Below are positions 53,580 to 64,000 of a stretch of 64,000 nucleotides of DNA, piece after piece. Source of the DNA: Eledone cirrhosa (taxonomy: Eukaryota). The position numbers were made by a program, and so were the translations under genes. Below the pieces are notes generated by a model. That model had not been told where the DNA came from. It ran no database searches and saw nothing but the letters and a program-made list of their open reading frames with translations. Each line of letters begins with the position of its first letter. The stretch's first letter is position 1. The stretch spans positions 38,440,001 to 38,504,000 of the forward strand of contig OZ024756.1 of NCBI GenBank assembly GCA_964016885.1. Reading direction: 5' to 3'.

Positions 53580-54290
53580 AAATGTTAAATTTATATACAG
53601 TTGTTTGTTATGTAATAAAATGTGTTCTATACAATATTACTAATGTTAAATTTATATAAAGCTGTTATGTAATAAATAGTATTCATCGTCATCACCGTTT
53701 AACGTCCATGCTTCCACATTGGCATGGGTTAGACAAAATGTTAAATTTATATGAAGCCATTTGTTATGTAATAAAGTGTGTTAGTGTGTTATATACAATA
53801 TTACTAATGTTAAATTTATATAAAGTTATGTAATAAAGTATGTTATATACGATATTAACTAATGTTAAATTTATGTAATAAGTTCTAATTTTAAATTTTA
53901 TATAAGACTTAATGTTATGTAATAAAAGGTATTGTACATAAGACTGCTACCTGTTTGTTAAGTAATAAAGGGTGTTGTACAAAATACTACAGGTAGCAGT
54001 CTTATATAGCTTGTCTTTAAAACCTGGGTATATAAGACTGCTACCTGTTATGTAATAAAGGGTGTTGTATATAAGAGTGATACCTGTTATGTAATAAAGG
54101 ATATTTTACATAAGACTGCTACCTGTTATGTAATAAAGCGTATTGTACATAAGATTGCTACCTGTTATGTAATAAAGGATATTTTACATAAGACTGCCAC
54201 CTGTTTCTTATGTAATAAAGGGTGCTGTATATAAGATTGCCACCTATTTGTTATGTAATAAAGAATGTTTTATACAATATTATTAATGTT
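53580..54290. repeat. degenerate minisatellite (ttatgtaataaag / taagactgctacctg units)
   Basis: More than a dozen ttatgtaataaa anchors, with one inverted unit near 53989-54005. Confidence 0.8.
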
Positions 54291-56735
54291 AAATTAATGA
54301 AGGCCTGTTTGTTTAGATACAAGATTTCTAATGTTCTTATCTGTGTGGGGACCAACTGGTATGTGGTGGCAGTGAGGGGGGCATAGAAAAAGGTTAAGGA
54401 ACACTGGTATAGCATAACCCCCCCCCCCCCCCCACACACACACACACACACACACCTCCCCTTCTCCACCCCACCCCCACTCATACTAATGCAAATAAAG
54501 TTCGATTGGAATACCTTGTCAGTTATTTATTAATTATTTTATTAATAAAACTAATTACTAATTAAACTGATTCCGAATAAATTATTGATTAAATTGATTA
54601 AGAATAAATTAATTGAATTGATTATAAATAAATCATTAATTAAATTGATAACTAATAAAATAAATTTTTATTTAAATTAATTATTTTATGCGCAATGTGG
54701 TGTTTATTGGATAACATGAAATTATCTGAAATTTGAATATAAATACACCTCCAATAGTCATAAGCAAGATGGTTGGATAACACCTATGAGTTTGGTTGGA
54801 GATGGTTGCTAGTGATCTGGAAGGTGGTGGTGATGGTGATGGTGGTGATGGTGGTGACGGTGTTGACAGTGATGATGGTAGTGGTGGTGATGATGGCGGT
54901 GGTAATGATGGTGGTGGTGGAGGTGGTGGTGGTGATGGTAGTGATGATGATGGTAGTGATGATGATGGTGGTGGTTGTGATGGTGGTGGTGGTGGTGATG
55001 ATGGCAGTGACAATGGTGCTGGTTGTGGTGGTGGTGATGATGGTGGTGATGAGGAACAAGAGGATAAGAAAAAGAAAGAAAAAGAAGAGGATGAGGAGGT
55101 TGTGAAATTGGTAGATGGAAACCCATCAGATGGACTGTACATGTAATTTAAAGGGTCAGGCTTGTCACACAGTGTCATGCTGAATCTCCCTGAGAATTAC
55201 ATCAATGCTATATGTATTTGTGGAATACTCAGCCATTGATTGAAACTGGCAAAGCTCCATTCCAATCCACAATTATGTAGAGTATATATTTGTTGAGTAT
55301 ATATTTGTAGAGTAGATATATGTAGAGTATATATATGTAGAGTATATATATATGTAGAGTATATATATGTAGAGTATATATATATGTAGAGTATATATTT
55401 GTGTAGTTAAGAAGTTTAATTCAGAACCATGTGGTATCAGGTTCAGTCCCACTGTTTTAGTACCTTGAATCTTCTACAATGCTGGGTCAAATATTGCCTT
55501 GTGTGGGAATTTGGTAGATGGAAACCATCACCCTCACCACCATCTTCCAACTTCACTACCACAACAACCACAAGCACCATTACCACCATCACCACCACTA
55601 CTCCCACCATCACCTCCACTATTCCTACTACCACCACAACCCGCTATCACAACCATTTGTCTCATTCTTGTCCCTATTTCAAATAAAAAAAAAGGTTCCT
55701 AACAGATGTCAGACAAAAACCATTTTGAAGGTCACACCACTGCCACTGCTACCACCACCACCACCACTACAACTACAACCATGCCACCATCACCACCACC
55801 ACAACCACCGCCACTACCACAATCATCACCATTATCCATATCATCACCATCAGTTAATATAAACTTCCTTGAAACAGCAAAACAAAAGCCACTTTTTTTA
55901 CAGCTAACAATCACAATCCAGTTTTATGTTATTTTCATTTTATTTAATAATTTTGTTGTTATTTTCAATATTATTTCTATTTAATTGAATTTTTGGATTC
56001 CATGGAAACTATTTTGACCTAAATTTTACCCCGACCCCTACCTTTTGCTACTATTGACCCGTGACAGGATGTTTAAGAAAATCTGACAGTATTAGTTGTA
56101 AAGGTCCCTAAGTCATATTTCAGTAGTGTGAGAAACAACAGAAGGTTGAAGTGGTCCCTCTTGATACCAAACTACCTGTAGCCACCCCTCGTTCTATCAT
56201 ACAACGCAGTTTCTTTTAAAGTCTATATATTTATCTAAAACCGTCCATCATAATTTTTTGAAAGAACCTTCCAAAATCATAGGCAATGTCTTTCATTAGA
56301 AATATGGTAACAAGAGGGTTAACCCTTAAGCATTTACATTACTCTATATTTACTATTGTATTTTCATGGTAAACACTTCATCTTGCATAATATCGAATCT
56401 ATAAGATTTTGATGTTATTTATTTTGAGAACAATACCTTAACATTGCTATGAGTGGGTGGTTATGGCCAGTTTGAAGAGAAGAGGTGAGAAAATTCTGGC
56501 CGAATATGGCCAGTTTAAATGCTAAAGGGTTAAGGGTCATAACTACGATCCTTGTGTAGCAACCATGATGACTCTAGTTATTCCCCATCATTGAAATAAT
56601 AAGTGCAGCTATGTATGAACCTAATGGAACTGTAGGGATGTCATAGTAACATAGAGCATGTCTTGGGCCACTTTAAACATGGCAGAGACTATCCTTTCTC
56701 CAAGTCTGAACACAGCTGATTTCTTCTAGAAAAGG

Positions 56736-56779
<44 letters not shown>

Positions 56780-56871
56780 TGAGAAAGAGATAGAGAGAAT
56801 GACTCAACCTCAGTACTAGACTGGTACACCTTTTTTTAAATGACCTTGAAATGATGAAAGCCAACCAAACA

Positions 56872-57078
56872 ATCAGCGAGCCAACCACCAAACCAGCCAG
56901 CTAACCAACCAGCCAGCCAACCACCAAACCAGCCAGCCAACCAACCAGTCAATCAGCCAGCCAACCATCAAACCAGCCAGCCAACCAACCAGTCAATCAG
57001 CCAGCCAACCACCAAACCAGCCAGCCAACCAACCAGTCAATCAGCCAGCCAACCACCAAACCAGCCAGCCAACCAACA
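56872..57078. repeat. (CAAC)/(CAGC) compound tetranucleotide repeat
   Basis: Visible directly. Confidence 0.9.
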
Positions 57079-58252
57079 AACACTTAATAATTATAAAAGG
57101 CAAGTCTATATGTAGATAGAACACTATTGGAGGTGTGGTGCTCAAATGATACAGTTAAATATAAAGAAACAAACAAATGTACAAAGCATTATGAAGACAA
57201 TAGATGTAAATTGGATGGTGTATATATATGTCATACTATCATCTCAACATACTTGTGTGTGTATGTGTGTGTATAAGTGTATGTATGTATGTATGTATGT
57301 ATGTAGAGAGAGAGAATGACAACACAAAGTCTTATTAGTATCATGTATATATATATATATATATATAGATCTAGGTGGGATGGCTAGCATTATAGGAGAA
57401 AGAATGAAGGAGCACTGGTGTGAATTCTAGAGTATGGAGGAGGGGTTTATTAGAAAAAAAAAACATTGAAAAAAAAATTATATCTGCACACCAAACAGAT
57501 ACAATGGTTGTGTAGGTGTCCTGACAAAAAGCACCCAGCCCACTCTGTAAAAGTGGTTGGCCTAAGAAAAAGTACCCAGCTGTAGAAACCAAACCAGAAT
57601 CAGTTCTGTGTGAACAAGACATGGTCACCTGATCTGACTTATCTCACAACAGGACAACTCGTCTAACCCATGCTAGTGTGGAAAAATGGATGTTAATCAG
57701 GGATGGTGATGATATATATATATATAGTGATAATAATAAATGTAGTATCAATCATTCCATAAAAAGACGGCAAGAGCCTTAGTGGTTAAGGGGTTCGGCC
57801 CATATGACCTTGAGCAAGACACTTTATTTCATGTTGCTCCAGTCCACTCAGCTGGAAAACATAATTTTTCATAAAGAATTGCACCTATAATTCAAATGGC
57901 TAATATCAACTGTATTATGCTGAATCTCCCTAAGAAATATGTTAAGGATCAGTGATGTCTGTTGAATGCTCAGCCACTTGTACGTTACTTTCACAAACAG
58001 GCTGTTCCATTGTTTGAATAACTGGAATAGTCATCGTTGTAACTGACGGAGATCCAACACCACGTACACCACTGCCATTCGTTACATAAATCAGTTTCAG
58101 TCATTACGAAAATTTATCTTAATAGTGGTCTGTGTGGTTTGAGGGAGATTTTGTAGCTATTTCTAGCAAGGGAAGTAACAACGTAGAGAGTACTTTTACA
58201 TGAAAATCGAGTTAAATCATTATCAGTTGTCTTCCTTGGTATAATTCACTTC

Positions 58253-62474
<4,222 letters not shown>

Positions 62475-64000
62475 TAACTTTGAATAACTTTGAAATGTTT
62501 TGGCCAGTATTGGCCCAGGCCATGTCTAACTTAATAGCACCACCTGGCGAAGTCTTTCAATTCAGGATTTGGGCACCATGGCCCATTCGAGAAGAGAATT
62601 ACTGTTTGCGGAGACATATCCGGGTGTGGGTGGTTTGTCCGGGATTACTTGGAGGAATTTGTCCAAAGACTTCTTGAATTTTGTGTGGTCAGTTTCTGTT
62701 TTGACGTGTCCTGGTGTGATGTTGAAGAGAGCAGGGCCGATTGAGGTGAAATAATTGTGCCGTATTGTTGTTATGAGTTGCGATTTAGATTTTTGAATGG
62801 GACGGATAGCACGGGGCCCAAGCCTTGGGTGTATCTTGAAGGCGATGCCAACATCATTTGGGCAGTGATGATGGAACATTTTCCACATCATGCAGATAAT
62901 ATAACGCTCACGGCGACGTTGGAGTGAGTAAAGTTTCAGGTTTTCTAATCGACCCCAGTAGTCAAGGTCTGACATGCCATCTATCTTTTTCGTGATTGCC
63001 CTTTGAGGAGCTTCAAGTTTCATGATACTTTGTTTCGTGTGGGGAGACCACAGTGGACAACAGTATTCAAGGTGTGGTCGGGCGAAAGTAGAGAAGAGAA
63101 GGATAATGGTGCGGGAATCTCTCGACTGGAAGGTTCTGAGGATCCAGGAACACATTCTGCGGGCCATGTCAACTTTGCTACTTATATGCGTGGTCCAGCT
63201 TATGTTGCTGTCCACGGTTACTCCCAAGTCTCTGATGTTGTTAGATGCCACGAGAGTTTCCCCGGAGGGAAGGGAGTACGGGAGTTTCAGAGCATCCTCT
63301 TTTCCAAAGTGGATCAGTTCGAATTTGTCTTCGTTCAGTAACATGTTGTTCTTTTCTGCCCATTGGGTAACAGCCAGTAGGTCTGACTGAAGGCTTATCC
63401 GGTCATCCACGCCATTGATGACCTTTTGGAGCTTGGAATCATCAGCGAAAATTTTAATGTTGCTGTGTTTGATGATGTCAGTGATGTCATTAATATAGAT
63501 GATGAAGAGAAGTGGGCCCAACACAGTGCCTTGTGGGACCCCACTACTGACTTTGGCTGGGCTTGATTTGACTCCCTCAACTACAACATGTTGGGTTCTG
63601 TTTGACAGGAAGCTCTTGATCCACTGCAGCAGCTTTCCAGTGACACCAATATTGGACAGCTTTCTCAGTAGAATGTTATGATCAACCCTGTCAAAGGCCT
63701 TGCTGAAATCAAGGTAGATAACATCAGTGTTGGAACCCTCTCCCAAGGCTCTCAAAATGTCATCAAAGTGATGCAGTAGCTGCGTCAGGCAATCCCTTCC
63801 ATTACGGAATCCATGCTGGTTGGAGTTCAGCATATTGTTACTCTCAAGGAAGTGGGTCATTCGCGATCTCACCACTCGCTCAAATACCTTAATGATATGA
63901 GAGGTGAGTGAGATTGGATGGTAATTCACGGCAAGGGATTTGTTTCCCTTTTTGAAAACTGGGACAACAGACTGGGATAGAAGGTTTTCTGGCACATATC
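62475..64000 (-). mobile_element. CR1-group LINE: intact RT ORF (3' part) and 3' UTR, continuing beyond the window
   Basis: YHPISLTS, QHGFR, YLDFSKAFDRVDH, GVPQGTVLGPLLF, FADD, DLGV, LEYCCPLWSP, SLQRRRERY. Stop at 62562, 3' hairpin GGCCA-ATAC-TGGCC, (TTCAAAGTTA)2 tail. Confidence 0.93.

Noticed and set aside
56600-56730. Possible upstream AMPD exon behind a good pyrimidine tract and AG
   Set aside because: Stops occur in all frames before a convincing donor, and a similar sequence lies at about 53300-53380, so it is a dispersed repeat.

Overview
AT-rich, microsatellite-dense animal genomic DNA. The SINE, MITE and LINE repertoire looks like an octopod cephalopod, which is an inference. The only host gene I can support is a spliced AMP deaminase (AMPD2-like) on the minus strand. 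Twelve phase-consistent GT-AG exons lie between 23377 and 51602. The 5' exon(s) were not found, and the conserved C-terminal exons are missing next to a 200-N assembly gap at 22907-23106. The rest is transposon-derived: a 5'-truncated Penelope-like (Naiad-type) RT/GIY-YIG element, a young CR1-group LINE running off the right edge, RTE remnants and SINEs sharing their 3' tail, TTAA-flanked piggyBac-like MITEs, Tc1/pogo MITEs, Helitron ends and several TE-derived minisatellites. Three things were not in the ORF track. First, about ten type I hammerhead ribozyme motifs of several families, one with a very long stem II at the likely 3' end of the Naiad element. Second, three or four frame-preserving phase-1 candidate cassette exons inside the 17.7-kb AMPD intron. 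Third, repeated tandem amplification inside transposons, including a 25-bp array between 76-bp inverted repeats. Most listed ORFs are microsatellite artefacts.
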